The translations under genes were made by a program, and so were the position numbers. 64,000 nucleotides of DNA from a virus. Taxonomy: Duplodnaviria > Caudoviricetes. The stretch lies in IMG/VR virus record IMGVR_UViG_3300046490_000039, positions 1 to 64,000 of that record. The stretch is one strand, 5' to 3'. The notes under the pieces were generated by a model. The model saw nothing but the letters and a program-made list of their open reading frames with translations. It was not told the origin of the DNA and ran no database searches. This document shows, piece by piece, positions 47,058-57,343 of the stretch; the stretch's first letter is position 1; every line of letters begins with the position of its first letter.

Positions 47058-48037
47058 GTCGCTACGCCGATGGCTCAGAGCGCTACTCCAACACGGAGAT
47101 CGAAACGTGGAGGACCTGCCGACGAAAGTGGATGCTCACGTACTACCTCTCACTGACCAAGCGAGAGCGTGACGTACGCTTCCCGCTGGAGGTCGGCAAC
47201 CTCGTGCACGGTGCCTTTGAGGTGTTCTACAAGAACGGCGGAATTCACGGCGAGAAGAGCCACGAGCTGGCTCACGCCTATCTCGTGGCGCAGCGTGCCG
47301 AGGACCTTGCCGAGTGCATCGGTGAGCACCACCCCACCATCGAGAAGGCGCACCGCACCGCCGACGCATGCCTCAACTCGTACGTGCACTGGCTCGACGA
47401 GAGTGGGGTCGACCTGAACCTGGAGATCATCGGCTCCGAGGACAAGATCGTCATGCCCGGACCGATCGAGGGCACCGAGCTGAACGGTCGCATTGACCTA
47501 CTTGCCCGAGACACCCGCACTGGTGACATCGTGGTTATCGACCTGAAGCTGGTCTCGTCCATCACCGACAAGATCCGCATGCTCCATCTCGACACGCAAT
47601 CGAAGACGTACGCCCTGCTCGCCCGAGAGAAGTACGGCAAGCCGGTGCGTGTCTCGTTCCGCATGGTCAAGATCAACCAGCGCTCCGCCAAGACCAAGGG
47701 TGACCAAGAGGTTGAGTACACGATCCAGCTCAACGAGAAGCAGCTCGACGTGTACCAACAGCAGCTCGCCGGAATCATGTCCGACGTGCGCTCGGTCACG
47801 GTACGGCTCAACGGTGGAGAGCACCACCAGACCGTCGCCTACCCGTCACCGAACGACTCGTGCTCGTGGAAGTGCAGCTTCTTCGCTGTGTGCCCGCTGC
47901 TCGATGACCCGCTCAGTGATGGCGAGTGGCTCCTGAACGACAACTACCGTCAGCGTTCACACGCCCGACCAGAATCGGCGGAGGATGCTAACATAGAGCA
48001 GTCCGAAGAGTCAAGTGACCCTGGGAGGTCAGAGTGA
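47054..48037 (+). CDS. PD-(D/E)XK / Cas4-like exonuclease
   Basis: SN.EI..W..CRRKW, G..VH, GRIDL..IDLK, Q..Y, C..KC.F..VC. Confidence 0.85.
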   Translation: MSRYADGSERYSNTEIETWRTCRRKWMLTYYLSLTKRERDVRFPLEVGNLVHGAFEVFYKNGGIHGEKSHELAHAYLVAQRAEDLAECIGEHHPTIEKAHRTADACLNSYVHWLDESGVDLNLEIIGSEDKIVMPGPIEGTELNGRIDLLARDTRTGDIVVIDLKLVSSITDKIRMLHLDTQSKTYALLAREKYGKPVRVSFRMVKINQRSAKTKGDQEVEYTIQLNEKQLDVYQQQLAGIMSDVRSVTVRLNGGEHHQTVAYPSPNDSCSWKCSFFAVCPLLDDPLSDGEWLLNDNYRQRSHARPESAEDANIEQSEESSDPGRSE

Positions 48038-48756
48038 AAGTCAGTGTCAGCGCCATCATCCACGGTGAGCCGGGAAGTGGCAAGAGCTGGGCAGGCGCAA
48101 CGTCGCCAGCTCCCCGCCTACTGCTCGACGCAGAGGGTGGTGGGCGATTCTGCCCACGCAACCACCCGATGGTCCAGTGGAACCCCCTCACCGAGGCCCC
48201 GCCCGAGTGGGACGGAAAGTGGCAGGCGTGTTTCGTGTCCGTGCAGGACTGGGCCACGTTCGACGCCGCTCACCAGTGGCTCGCCTCAGGGCAGCACCCG
48301 TTCCGATCGGTGGTGCTCGACTCGATGACCGAGTTGCAGAAGCGTCTCGTCGATGCCGTGTCCGGTATCGCTCAGCCGACGATGCAGCAGTGGGGCGAGG
48401 TGCTCCGTCGAATGGAGGACAAGGCCCGAGCCTTCCGAGATCTGGCCGTCCGTGAGGACAACCCGCTGGAGGCCGTCATCGCCATCTGCCTGTCGCACAA
48501 GCGTGACGAGCAAGTGCGCCCGTACGTGAAGGGTGCGCTGGAGCTGTCGCTCCCCGGCTTCTTCGACGTGGTGGCCTTCATGTATACCGACCAAGATGAA
48601 GCAACGGGTGTAATCTCACACCGTGGCCTCATCGCCCCGCTCAACGGGATCGTGGCGAAGGATCGTACCAACATGCTGATCCAGACCTACGGTCCCGCTC
48701 TCCCTGAAGTCAACGTCGTCGAGTGGCTCGACCTGATCCGTCCCCTGTTCCAGTAA
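48034..48756 (+). CDS. AAA_24 / Sak4-like ATPase
   Basis: HGEPGSGKS, LLDAEGG, VVLDSMT, AKDR. Confidence 0.85.
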   Translation: MKVSVSAIIHGEPGSGKSWAGATSPAPRLLLDAEGGGRFCPRNHPMVQWNPLTEAPPEWDGKWQACFVSVQDWATFDAAHQWLASGQHPFRSVVLDSMTELQKRLVDAVSGIAQPTMQQWGEVLRRMEDKARAFRDLAVREDNPLEAVIAICLSHKRDEQVRPYVKGALELSLPGFFDVVAFMYTDQDEATGVISHRGLIAPLNGIVAKDRTNMLIQTYGPALPEVNVVEWLDLIRPLFQ

Positions 48757-48782
48757 CACAACCCCCAGAAGGAAACAATCCA

Positions 48783-49499
48783 ATGACAGCACTTACAAGT
48801 ATCCCCGGTCTCGCTGAGGCCCTCAAGGCAATCGACGCTGGGTCGCTCGATGGACAGGTGAACGAGGACGGCTCGATCCGTCAGACGTTCCCCGAACTGC
48901 CGATGGACCAGGAGCTTCGGGTCGAGGTGGTCGACGCCTCGCTCAAGACCGCCAACAGCGGCTCGCTCGGCGTGCGCTACACGCTGGAGGTCGTCGAGCC
49001 TGCCGAGTTCAAGGGAGGCAAGATCTGGGATAGCGTCTACTTCACTGGACACGCTTTCCAGGGTGCACGACTCGCCCTGCTCCTGAAGGCGGCCGGTCAC
49101 GGCGAGGACGCTACCGACCTGGAGGATGCCGTGACGAAGGTGATCGGCGGCCGTCTGGTCGTCGCCCTGAAGCCCGGCAACGATCCCCGGTACCCGGAGA
49201 CCCGGTGGACCAACAACGATGTGGGGCAGAAGCTTCGCACCGGCCTCTCGGTCTTCAAGTCGAAGAGCGGGCCGGTCGGCGCTGGCGTCACGGCCGACGT
49301 GGCCGGGCTGATCGCCCAGAAGGCGGCAGTGCAGCCCCCTCAGGCTGCCCCTCAGACACCCCCACAAGCCCCTGTGACGCCCCCGACCGCTCAGGTGGAC
49401 CCACCGGCCCAGTCGGGCATCAGCGCCGCTCCTGCGGCCGTACAGCCGCCCGTGTCGATCCCTGGGGTCGGCGGCGGGATCAAGCTTCCCGGTACCTGA
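48783..49499 (+). CDS. DUF669-like ssDNA-binding protein with Pro-rich tail
   Basis: Follows the exonuclease-Sak4 pair; K.A.SG....L...P.EF.G.KIWD. Confidence 0.65.
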   Translation: MTALTSIPGLAEALKAIDAGSLDGQVNEDGSIRQTFPELPMDQELRVEVVDASLKTANSGSLGVRYTLEVVEPAEFKGGKIWDSVYFTGHAFQGARLALLLKAAGHGEDATDLEDAVTKVIGGRLVVALKPGNDPRYPETRWTNNDVGQKLRTGLSVFKSKSGPVGAGVTADVAGLIAQKAAVQPPQAAPQTPPQAPVTPPTAQVDPPAQSGISAAPAAVQPPVSIPGVGGGIKLPGT

Positions 49500-49524
49500 G
49501 CCTCCGTCAGTACCGGTTGCGACT

Positions 49525-49572
49525 GGCTCGGCACCCCTCGGCACAAGCCACGGGGTGTCGGGCCTTTGTCGT
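49525..49572 (+). terminator. Intrinsic terminator
   Basis: GGCTCGGCACCCC/GGGGTGTCGGGCC stem, then TTTGTCGTT. Confidence 0.7.
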
Positions 49573-49581
49573 TCTAGGGGG

Positions 49582-49616
49582 TTGACATTCTGGCCGGGGT
49601 GTGCGATAATGAAGTT
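49582..49616 (+). promoter_or_regulatory. Conserved promoter copy 7
   Basis: TTGACA-N17-GATAAT-GAAGTT. Confidence 0.82.
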
Positions 49617-49650
49617 CCTGGGGGAAGGACCCCCAGGAGAAGGGACCGGG

Positions 49651-50180
49651 ATGACCGAGGAATACGAGATCTGGACCGACCCGCTGGGCCGCCCCGCTCG
49701 CCTGGTTCCCGTTGGCCGCCCCGACGATGGCGATGAGCCGTGGTTCGCTGAAGGCCCCGGTCAACTGCCCCCATACGAGTACCGGGTCGAGGCAGTGCAC
49801 AACCCCCGCCTGGCGCTCCGTGAGGTTGTCCTTCCGCTGGCCCCCTGGACCGCTTACGACGCCATCTTCGACCGTCTGGTCGCTCGGGGCTGGAATCCTC
49901 CCCCCGCTACCGAAGAAGCCACCTGCGAGCACGGCCTCTCGGCTAGTCTCTGCGGCGGCCCGATGCACTGGTACGACTGAAAGGACCCACGATGGGACAT
50001 CAAGAGGTGCTGAACTACCTGCTCACCGAGGCACGGCTGTCTGTGTTCTCCATGCGAGCCGAGATTCCCGACGACCATCCGTTACAGGGTGAGATCACCC
50101 TGGCGCTGAGCGCCCTGGAGACGCTCTACTACCGTACGGTGAGCGCCAACGAGATCTACAAGAGGAAGCTCCCGGACTAA
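49651..50180 (+). CDS. Two small hypothetical genes (49651-49980, 49992-50180)
   Basis: SD-led ORFs behind promoter copy 7. Confidence 0.65.
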
Positions 50181-51009
50181 CCGAGGAGCAGGTCGATCTC
50201 TTCCTCGTTCAGGCGCTCGCCTGCGAGGAGTTTCGCCTTGGCCGAGGCCTTCACGACGTTCCGTGCGGCGTTGGCGTCCACGGTGCGCTGGTCGATCTCC
50301 GCCATCTTGGCGGCCCGAGCGGCCGTGTACTCTTCCTCTGAGATTTCATGGCACCCGGTCGGAATCGGCCCGCCGTCCACGTAGGCGACCGTGGTCCCGT
50401 TGCTCACGTAGCGCATCAGGCAGCCGCTCCGCCGAAGATCACCAGCGAGCTAGTGAAGTCATACGACCAGGCAAAGTTGCCTCCAACGGCGGTCCAGAAC
50501 ATGCGACTGTAGTAGCGCACCGTATCGTATGCAGCGAGGGAACCGAGGTACGTGAGGAAGGACCCATTGATGTACTGCAAGGGAGCGTTCGTGTCGATGG
50601 TGGCGGCTCTCTGGGTGAACATCTTGGCCACACCGGCATCCGTGTAGATGCGGGGGGAGATGGCGAGTTTCTCATCATCGTTCGTCGCTCCGCCCAGTGC
50701 AAGGTACCAGTCGAATCGCAGCATCCCCATGAGATGGACCGTGTACGCCTGGTTGTTCGTGACCGTGACACGACCGTCTACCGAGTGGGACTCGGCTGAG
50801 ATCTCACCGCTCCCCGTCAGACTGAAGTCGTGCGAATCGGACAGTGTGGCCGTGCCGTAGTTGCCGACGAACTTGGGGCGGGGGTGCACCTTCGGCACGC
50901 CGTCCACGCAATAGATTCGCTCACCGCTGGACTTGCTAGCCTCAGCGAGTCCCCAGCTCGATTCGGGAAGCCATCCGATGTTATCGGGGCAGTTACAGAT
51001 GGGAGTCAA
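50177..51009 (-). CDS. Two tail-tip-region proteins (50416-51009, 50177-50416)
   Basis: Beta-rich ORF followed by a small XkdX/chaperone-like ORF at the end of the tail module. Confidence 0.55.
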
Positions 51010-51051
51010 ACCTGACCACCCACTTCAGTGAGGCAATGATAGACTGAACGC

Positions 51052-51864
51052 ATGAGTACATCATACCCCTCAACTCCGCTGCCGGTTGACCGGAAACGGT
51101 GGATTGAGGCGGCGGATCTACTCAGCCACACGAACGTCACCTTAGTTGGCTGCTACCAGGAAAGCATCGAGTATTCCGACAAGGTGAGATTGTTTCCTGT
51201 TGTGGTCGTCCGTTGCGCTGAGCACGGAATCACGGAGGTACAGTTGGCGAATCTACGCAAGAATCAACACCCATGTCTCCCATGCTCGTACATTATTCGG
51301 GGGGTAGCGAAGCAACGAACCCACTCGACGCTAGCGAGAGTGCAGGATCTTCTACCCCTCGATCAGATCGAGCGTGACGTGACGGCCCGTCCCGGCCAGT
51401 GTCGAGTGCGAGGGGTTTGTCACCAGTGTGGGCAGCCGTTCGTCCGTGTCCGAGCCAAGGACATACTCAAGGGGCAGGGGCCGTGTGAGCGTTGCGGGAA
51501 GCAGCGAAGATGGTTAGCGCCGGTCCTGCGTGATCGAGAGCTGGGCGGCACAATGTGGGAGGAACCCTATACCGGTTACGTGACCCTACTACGAGACAAT
51601 ACCCACGTCAAGTTTGGCATCGGACCACGGACGAGAGCGAGGGTCTACGGAGAGCCTCTTCTAGAGGTGCGTGGAAATCGGCTCGCTGTGTTGCTCTGGG
51701 AACAAGAGTGCCTCAGGGAAACTACCCCCGCAGATCCCGATGTTGCACGGAGGCTCGTAGCGCACGGCGGGTACACCGAGGTGCGTCAGGACCCTATTGT
51801 GATGGAGATCATCGCTCAGTGCGCCGCCGATCGGTACGGGCTGGAGATCACGAGCAGCAGGTGA
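51052..51864 (+). CDS. Zn-ribbon plus degenerate GIY-YIG-like free-standing endonuclease
   Basis: CxxHG, CxxC repeats, GYV..VKFGI..R..E..GGYTE; TAGACT-N6-ATG. Confidence 0.55.
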   Translation: MSTSYPSTPLPVDRKRWIEAADLLSHTNVTLVGCYQESIEYSDKVRLFPVVVVRCAEHGITEVQLANLRKNQHPCLPCSYIIRGVAKQRTHSTLARVQDLLPLDQIERDVTARPGQCRVRGVCHQCGQPFVRVRAKDILKGQGPCERCGKQRRWLAPVLRDRELGGTMWEEPYTGYVTLLRDNTHVKFGIGPRTRARVYGEPLLEVRGNRLAVLLWEQECLRETTPADPDVARRLVAHGGYTEVRQDPIVMEIIAQCAADRYGLEITSSR

Positions 51865-52309
51865 CCTCACCGATGTCGTTCACCCAGGCACGGGCCACCT
51901 TGTACTGCCCCTTCCCGTCCTGGCCCGAGATGGCGATGCGGTTCGGCCCGATGGCGTAAATGTTCGTCCACGGTGCCACGAGGCCCGGCCCCGTCTCAAA
52001 CACTGGGACCGTGGCGTTATAGGTGTAGACTTGATCGCCGTTGATCGAGAGGGCGTACGCTCCGGCCCCCCAGAGCAGGAAGTCCTTGACCCCTCCGGGG
52101 AAGTCACCGATGCCGGGTGCGGTACCGGTTGAGCATGAGTGGCCGTTGAGTTTGTCAATGCAGATGGCCCCAGTCCCGCCGCAGTGCGTGATCTGAATTC
52201 GCTCGGAAGCGGTGAGCGTGGCGTAGTCACCGCCGCACGCTAGGCACGGGCCAGCTTCGTCGTCGGTGGAGGACCATACAGGGTTCGTGTCAGTGATCGA
52301 GTTCGGCAC
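51848..52309 (-). CDS. Putative minor tail protein
   Basis: Position; TAGACT-N6-GTG. Confidence 0.5.
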   Translation of the reverse strand: MPNSITDTNPVWSSTDDEAGPCLACGGDYATLTASERIQITHCGGTGAICIDKLNGHSCSTGTAPGIGDFPGGVKDFLLWGAGAYALSINGDQVYTYNATVPVFETGPGLVAPWTNIYAIGPNRIAISGQDGKGQYKVARAWVNDIGEVTCCS

Positions 52310-52346
52310 GGTACCAGTCTACCCCGGCCCCGACTAGACTGTCACC

Positions 52347-52556
52347 ATGAGCGTACGCAAGGGCGATGAGGATCTAGTCTTCATCATCAAGGATCTCCAG
52401 CGCAGGGTGGCCTCACTGGAGAATCAGACGGCCCGTACCCGCCGAAACGACGTGCGAGTGGGTGACCTGCTCATCTCGTGGGACACGACCATGAGTCAGA
52501 TGACGATGCGGAACCTGAAGACCCGTGGCCTTCCTGTCACGATCCACGTCCCGTAG
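52347..52556 (+). CDS. Small coiled-coil minor tail-type protein
   Basis: IKDLQRRVASLE; TAGACT-N6-ATG. Confidence 0.55.
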   Translation: MSVRKGDEDLVFIIKDLQRRVASLENQTARTRRNDVRVGDLLISWDTTMSQMTMRNLKTRGLPVTIHVP

Positions 52557-52557
52557 G

Positions 52558-53715
52558 CTAGACGATCTCGGTCGTGCCGACCGGGGACAGCGAGAGCGTG
52601 ACGGTCTCCTCTGCGCCCGACAGCGCCACCGAAACCGACTTGATTCGGACCGACGTATCTGATAGTCTCCGGCACCCATCCTCCAGGAGCACCTTTACGA
52701 TGCCACCGGGGATCAGGTCCTCGTTGAAGATGACCGGCGCATCGTACGAGAGAGCGCCCTCGGAGATGTAGGCGTACGGCACGTGCAGGAGATCCCACCG
52801 AGATTTGGCGTCCTGAGCGATCGGGTTCGGGTTGATTGTGGTGTCAACGTCGTCAAGGATGTTCGTGGTGTTGAGGATCTCTAGAAGACCGTACTGCCGC
52901 TGGTTGGCCGTGAGGAGGGTCGGTCCGATCGGTCCCGTTGTGGTCGGGTAGATGGCGATCTGCTCATCGTAGTAGCCGTCGTAGCCGCCCTGCCCACCGG
53001 CCGACACGAATCTGGTGCCCATCTTCGCTCCGGTCACCTTCACGGTGGGCGGGGTCTTGAAGTGCTTGTCGAGTAGGACCACGCCGGACCCAACGGGGTT
53101 GACGACCTGCACGTTTCCACCCCAGAGGTGGCGGTTGACGACCGTGTAGTCGACGCCCGACTGCGAGAGGGTCCGCATCTCTTCACCACACGTGACGTAG
53201 CCACCGCCCCACCGTTCTCCACCGGCCTTGTCGAAGGCGGGGTAATAGCGGTCGGTCACGGGGATGCCGGTCGGGTCCATGCTGAACGACATGCACCACG
53301 GGTCCTTGCAGTAGGCATGCTCCAGGAGCCACACATAGGCGTCTGAGAGGTCCGTAGAGGCCGCCTCGTAGGGAATGTCGGCCAACTCTACCAGACGACG
53401 GTCGGCCCACGCTAGGAGGTCTCTGGCGGTCACGGTGATCGTCTCGTCGCTCGGGTTGAACTCCATCTCGGAGATCGGCCCGACCCAGACCTGCTCATCG
53501 TTCCGGTAGAACGCAACTTCGTGCTGCCACGGATTCACCGTAGCGAGGCAGTCGCAGCACCCGACCGTGGCCGTGAAGCTGGCCTCGGAGATGTCGTTGA
53601 GCGTGCGGTTGAATGACAGCTCGGTCACCTCTTCGATCTCGCACACGAACGCACGAGCGCATCGTGTCTGGATCATCACCCGGTAGACCCCACACCCGAG
53701 AGTGTACGTGGCCAC
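52558..53715 (-). CDS. Minor tail protein (siphoviral hub/Tal-like)
   Basis: F.R.LNDISEA, PW.HE...R....VW.GPI, ARD...W; directly after the tape measure gene. Confidence 0.75.
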   Translation of the reverse strand: MATYTLGCGVYRVMIQTRCARAFVCEIEEVTELSFNRTLNDISEASFTATVGCCDCLATVNPWQHEVAFYRNDEQVWVGPISEMEFNPSDETITVTARDLLAWADRRLVELADIPYEAASTDLSDAYVWLLEHAYCKDPWCMSFSMDPTGIPVTDRYYPAFDKAGGERWGGGYVTCGEEMRTLSQSGVDYTVVNRHLWGGNVQVVNPVGSGVVLLDKHFKTPPTVKVTGAKMGTRFVSAGGQGGYDGYYDEQIAIYPTTTGPIGPTLLTANQRQYGLLEILNTTNILDDVDTTINPNPIAQDAKSRWDLLHVPYAYISEGALSYDAPVIFNEDLIPGGIVKVLLEDGCRRLSDTSVRIKSVSVALSGAEETVTLSLSPVGTTEIV

Positions 53716-56700
53716 TTAGACCTTCACCTTCGTGGTGAGTTTCTTCAGAATGGCGGCGGTCACCTTGTCGATATCGGACGAGCTGACGATGGTGAATTGA
53801 GCCGAAATGGCGGCCGCTTGCTTGTCGGTTAGCTTGTATCCGAGGATCTTGGCTGCGGCCAAGATGGCGTCGGTGATCGTCTTCTTGGTCTTCTCCTGCT
53901 CACGATCGAAGCTGATATCACCGGCCGCCTTGTCTCGATTGGCGACGGCGGTCGAGAGCTGCTTCAGTGTGGCGGGGTCGGCAGCGAGAAGCTTCTTGAC
54001 CTGACGTACGTCGGTGATCCCGTTCACTTCCAGCGCTGCGAGCGCAGCCTCGCTGAGGCCCCGCTTCTTGAGGGTCTCGATCCCGGTGTCGAGGTACTTG
54101 ATGTCGGCGGTCTGCTTGTTGGCGTTGGCGATGGCACGAGTGGTCGAGATAGCCTTCTCGTACTGCACGTGTTCCTTGATGCCAGCACGCCAGGCGTCGG
54201 CCGCCTGCTTGGCTGCGTCCATCGAGGACGTGACGGCCGCCTTGATAGCGTCGGCCGCTTGCTTCATCAGGTCGGCCAGCGTCGGGCCGGTCGAGCCACC
54301 ACCGCCACCACCGGAGGAGGCGGTCGTACCGCCGTAGACCTGCACAGGGACCGTGGTGTTCATTGCCAGCACGTCCTTCTGGGCCTGGGCCTGGGCGACC
54401 TGGTTGGCGTGTTGGGCTGCGCCGCCAGGGGCACCGCTCATGTCAACCTTTGAGTAATCACCTGTCTTCAGGGCCTCATTGAGTTTCGACATCTTGGCCG
54501 CAAGGGCGTTCAGATTCTGAATAGCGGCATCTACGTCAGCCGTTACCACGATGTTGATGGTGGGGTCAATCTTTCCCTGAAGCGCCAGGATATCCCAGAG
54601 CTGTTGCTTTGTGTAGCCATACTTGGCTGCGAGCACGCTGATAGTTCCAACGGCCGCCGTTTGGACACCAGCAATTGCCCGTGATTCAGCAGCGAGCTGG
54701 GCAGCAGAGGCGGCGGCCTTGATCTCAAGATCAGAGTAACTAGCGCCCTGCGTGTTGTTGAGATTCACCATCCGCTGGGTGGTCTCTGCCGCAGCGTTGG
54801 CACCGGCCAGAACGGCGTAGTTCAGCTTGTCCTGTTCGGCCGTGTACTGGGCTACGGCGTCGTTCTTGTTCTCGTACGCCTTGGCGATCGACGCTACGGC
54901 CTTCTTCTCCCCCTCCAGGGTCGAGATCCTGTTGCCGAATTCCTTGGCCCGCCCGCCGAGGCGTGCATCACCTTCCGTCTTCGCTGCGTCGAAGGCCGAG
55001 TTGTAGGCGGTAGCCGACTTGACCGCCTGCTTCTGCACGGAATCGAGTTGCTCCCAGTTCGTGACAATACGGAGCAGATCCTCTTCGGTCAGCTTCGTAA
55101 CCTGCTCCAGGGTCATTCCGTAGCGCTCGGCCCACTTCGTGATCTTGGCGGGATCGGTAATGGCCGCACCCTCCGCTGCCCCAGTCGTGTACCCACGTGT
55201 CGGTCCACGCTCAACTAGCCCCGTGCTAACTGCCACACCCTCCGGAAGCTTCGCCGCCACAGAGGCTAGCCTGGTGAGTGTCGGCCCCAACTCTGTGTCA
55301 ATCTTGTCCTGGATGGCCTTCAGCTCCGGGCCGTACATGGTCTGTTGGTCCTTGTAGACCCCCTCGGCCTTCTTTCTGGCAGCGTCCATGGCCATCTCTG
55401 GCGTAATGGCTCCGTCAGTGGCTACCTTTGCCAGTTCCAGGTTGTCCTGGTAATACTTGTCAATGAGTTTGTTCTTGTTGGTCCCATTGACGATATCCTC
55501 AAGGAGCTTCGCCTGATCCGTGAGCGTCTTCATGGCATCGGTGAATGAGCCACCGCTGTTGATAGCGTCAATTGCTCCCTTGACGAAGGCGTTTCCTGCG
55601 TCCAAACCCGATTGCTTCAGGGCCTCATTGAGTTTCTTCTTCTCGTCTTCGGCAGCGTTCTTGATTGCCATGAAAGCGCCTACTGCGCCACCAGCCACAG
55701 CACCCCAGGGACCGCCGACCATTGCGCCCATACCGGCGTACTGAGCAACAGACCCAACGGACTTGGCCGTCTGATTGTCGCTGCTCGATAGGGCCATACC
55801 GCCCATCATCAGGGCGGCCCCACCCATGGATACCATGGACTTCAACTTGCTACTCTTGGCGGCAGTGGCAGCGGTCGCCGCTTCTGATGCACGGGCCGAG
55901 TTGATCTCGGCCTGAGCCAACGCTGCGAGTTCCTCGCCGGTTACGGCCGCCTGCATACCGAGTTGCTTCATGGCAGCGATGCGTACATAGTCCACCTCGG
56001 TAGCGGCCGTAGTTGCAGTGGCGGAGGCGGTCGTGGCCTTCGTGACCAGGCCCAGGCGGGCCACAAGCCCCACCCCTCCCGTCCCGCCAATACCCTCAGC
56101 GATCTTCGTGAATGTGGTGGCGAACTGCATCAGGGCCAGAGGGGCCTTGAGGGCAAGGTAAGCGGCGAGCGCCTTCGCTACGAGGTCGAGCGCACCGGTC
56201 TTCTGGAGCGCCATCAGCACATCGGCCAGCGCTTGCAGCGTGACCGTGAAGACCGAGAGGCCAGACATGGCGGCAGCGCCAGACGCTTCAGCGAAGGCCT
56301 TGATAGCGGGCTTCAGTGACTCATAGACCTTGCCGACGCCAGCGAGGGCGTTGGAGATGGCCCCCTCAACCTTTGGATCGCTCAGCTTGTTGGCAAAGTT
56401 CTGGATGCCCACTACGATGTCGTCGTAGATCGCCTTCAGCGCCGGAGCCTTCTGGAGCATGATGGTCACGGTGTCGGAGAGGACGGCCTTGGCACCGGAG
56501 ATCGTCTTCACGGCGTTGTCCATGGCGTGCGGGACCTTCTGGCCAGCAGCCTGAATGGCGGCCATCACCTGTTCGGCGCTGATCGACCCCTGCTCCTGCA
56601 TCTTCTTGACTTCCTGGGTCGTCTTACCCAGGTACTCACCGAGCATCCTCGTGATGGGGATGAGCGACGACTGAAGCTGCATAGCGTCCTGGCCGGTCAG

Positions 56701-57285
56701 TCGACCGACCGTCTGGATCTGGGTCAACGTGAAGAGCACCCGGCTCAGGTTGTGTGTATCACCACCCACCGAGGCGATGACGTTACCGGTGTCCTTGAGC
56801 AGGGGGACAATCTTCTCAGAGGCGAGACCAACACCGAGCAACTGCTGTGAGTAGTTGACGAGTTCCTGCGTAACGAACGGAGAAACACGAGCGAATTCCT
56901 GGATATCGGCCAGCAGTTTGTCGCCGGGCTTCTGGCCAATGATGGCGTTGAAACCAGCACGGGCCTGGGTGAGCTGGTCGAAGAGACCGGCGAGCTTGTT
57001 GACGGTTCCCTCGACGCTGGCCTTGACGGCCCAGATCGCTCCAGTGAAGGCAGCGGCCTGCATGGCGGCCCGAGCGAACCCGCCGCCCACCTGCTCGTTG
57101 ATCGTGTTGCCGAGTTGGTCGGCCCCCTTCGATGCGTCCGAGAAGGCGTTGCCCATCTGCTTTCCAGCGTTGACTGAAGCAGCGGTCGCCTTGTCGAGGA
57201 TGCTCTGAACGCCTGGACCGAACCGAGATCCGTCAGGGACAACGAGAACCTGCACCTCTCCGACGACATTGTTCCCAGCGGCCAT
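53716..57285 (-). CDS. Tape measure protein
   Basis: 1189 aa, Ala-rich helical; FA..SPF...L, L.QI...GRL..QD..QL, hydrophobic GAMVGGPWGA. Confidence 0.92.
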   Translation of the reverse strand: MAAGNNVVGEVQVLVVPDGSRFGPGVQSILDKATAASVNAGKQMGNAFSDASKGADQLGNTINEQVGGGFARAAMQAAAFTGAIWAVKASVEGTVNKLAGLFDQLTQARAGFNAIIGQKPGDKLLADIQEFARVSPFVTQELVNYSQQLLGVGLASEKIVPLLKDTGNVIASVGGDTHNLSRVLFTLTQIQTVGRLTGQDAMQLQSSLIPITRMLGEYLGKTTQEVKKMQEQGSISAEQVMAAIQAAGQKVPHAMDNAVKTISGAKAVLSDTVTIMLQKAPALKAIYDDIVVGIQNFANKLSDPKVEGAISNALAGVGKVYESLKPAIKAFAEASGAAAMSGLSVFTVTLQALADVLMALQKTGALDLVAKALAAYLALKAPLALMQFATTFTKIAEGIGGTGGVGLVARLGLVTKATTASATATTAATEVDYVRIAAMKQLGMQAAVTGEELAALAQAEINSARASEAATAATAAKSSKLKSMVSMGGAALMMGGMALSSSDNQTAKSVGSVAQYAGMGAMVGGPWGAVAGGAVGAFMAIKNAAEDEKKKLNEALKQSGLDAGNAFVKGAIDAINSGGSFTDAMKTLTDQAKLLEDIVNGTNKNKLIDKYYQDNLELAKVATDGAITPEMAMDAARKKAEGVYKDQQTMYGPELKAIQDKIDTELGPTLTRLASVAAKLPEGVAVSTGLVERGPTRGYTTGAAEGAAITDPAKITKWAERYGMTLEQVTKLTEEDLLRIVTNWEQLDSVQKQAVKSATAYNSAFDAAKTEGDARLGGRAKEFGNRISTLEGEKKAVASIAKAYENKNDAVAQYTAEQDKLNYAVLAGANAAAETTQRMVNLNNTQGASYSDLEIKAAASAAQLAAESRAIAGVQTAAVGTISVLAAKYGYTKQQLWDILALQGKIDPTINIVVTADVDAAIQNLNALAAKMSKLNEALKTGDYSKVDMSGAPGGAAQHANQVAQAQAQKDVLAMNTTVPVQVYGGTTASSGGGGGGSTGPTLADLMKQAADAIKAAVTSSMDAAKQAADAWRAGIKEHVQYEKAISTTRAIANANKQTADIKYLDTGIETLKKRGLSEAALAALEVNGITDVRQVKKLLAADPATLKQLSTAVANRDKAAGDISFDREQEKTKKTITDAILAAAKILGYKLTDKQAAAISAQFTIVSSSDIDKVTAAILKKLTTKVKV

Positions 57286-57343
57286 TCTCTAGGCAGTCTA
57301 GCACGCTGAACCGTATCCAGCCTGAGGGTGCTAGGCTACTCCT

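Noticed and set aside
51052-51864. Group I intron-encoded endonuclease
   Set aside because: The ORF is antisense, fills nearly the entire gap and leaves no room for an intron core.
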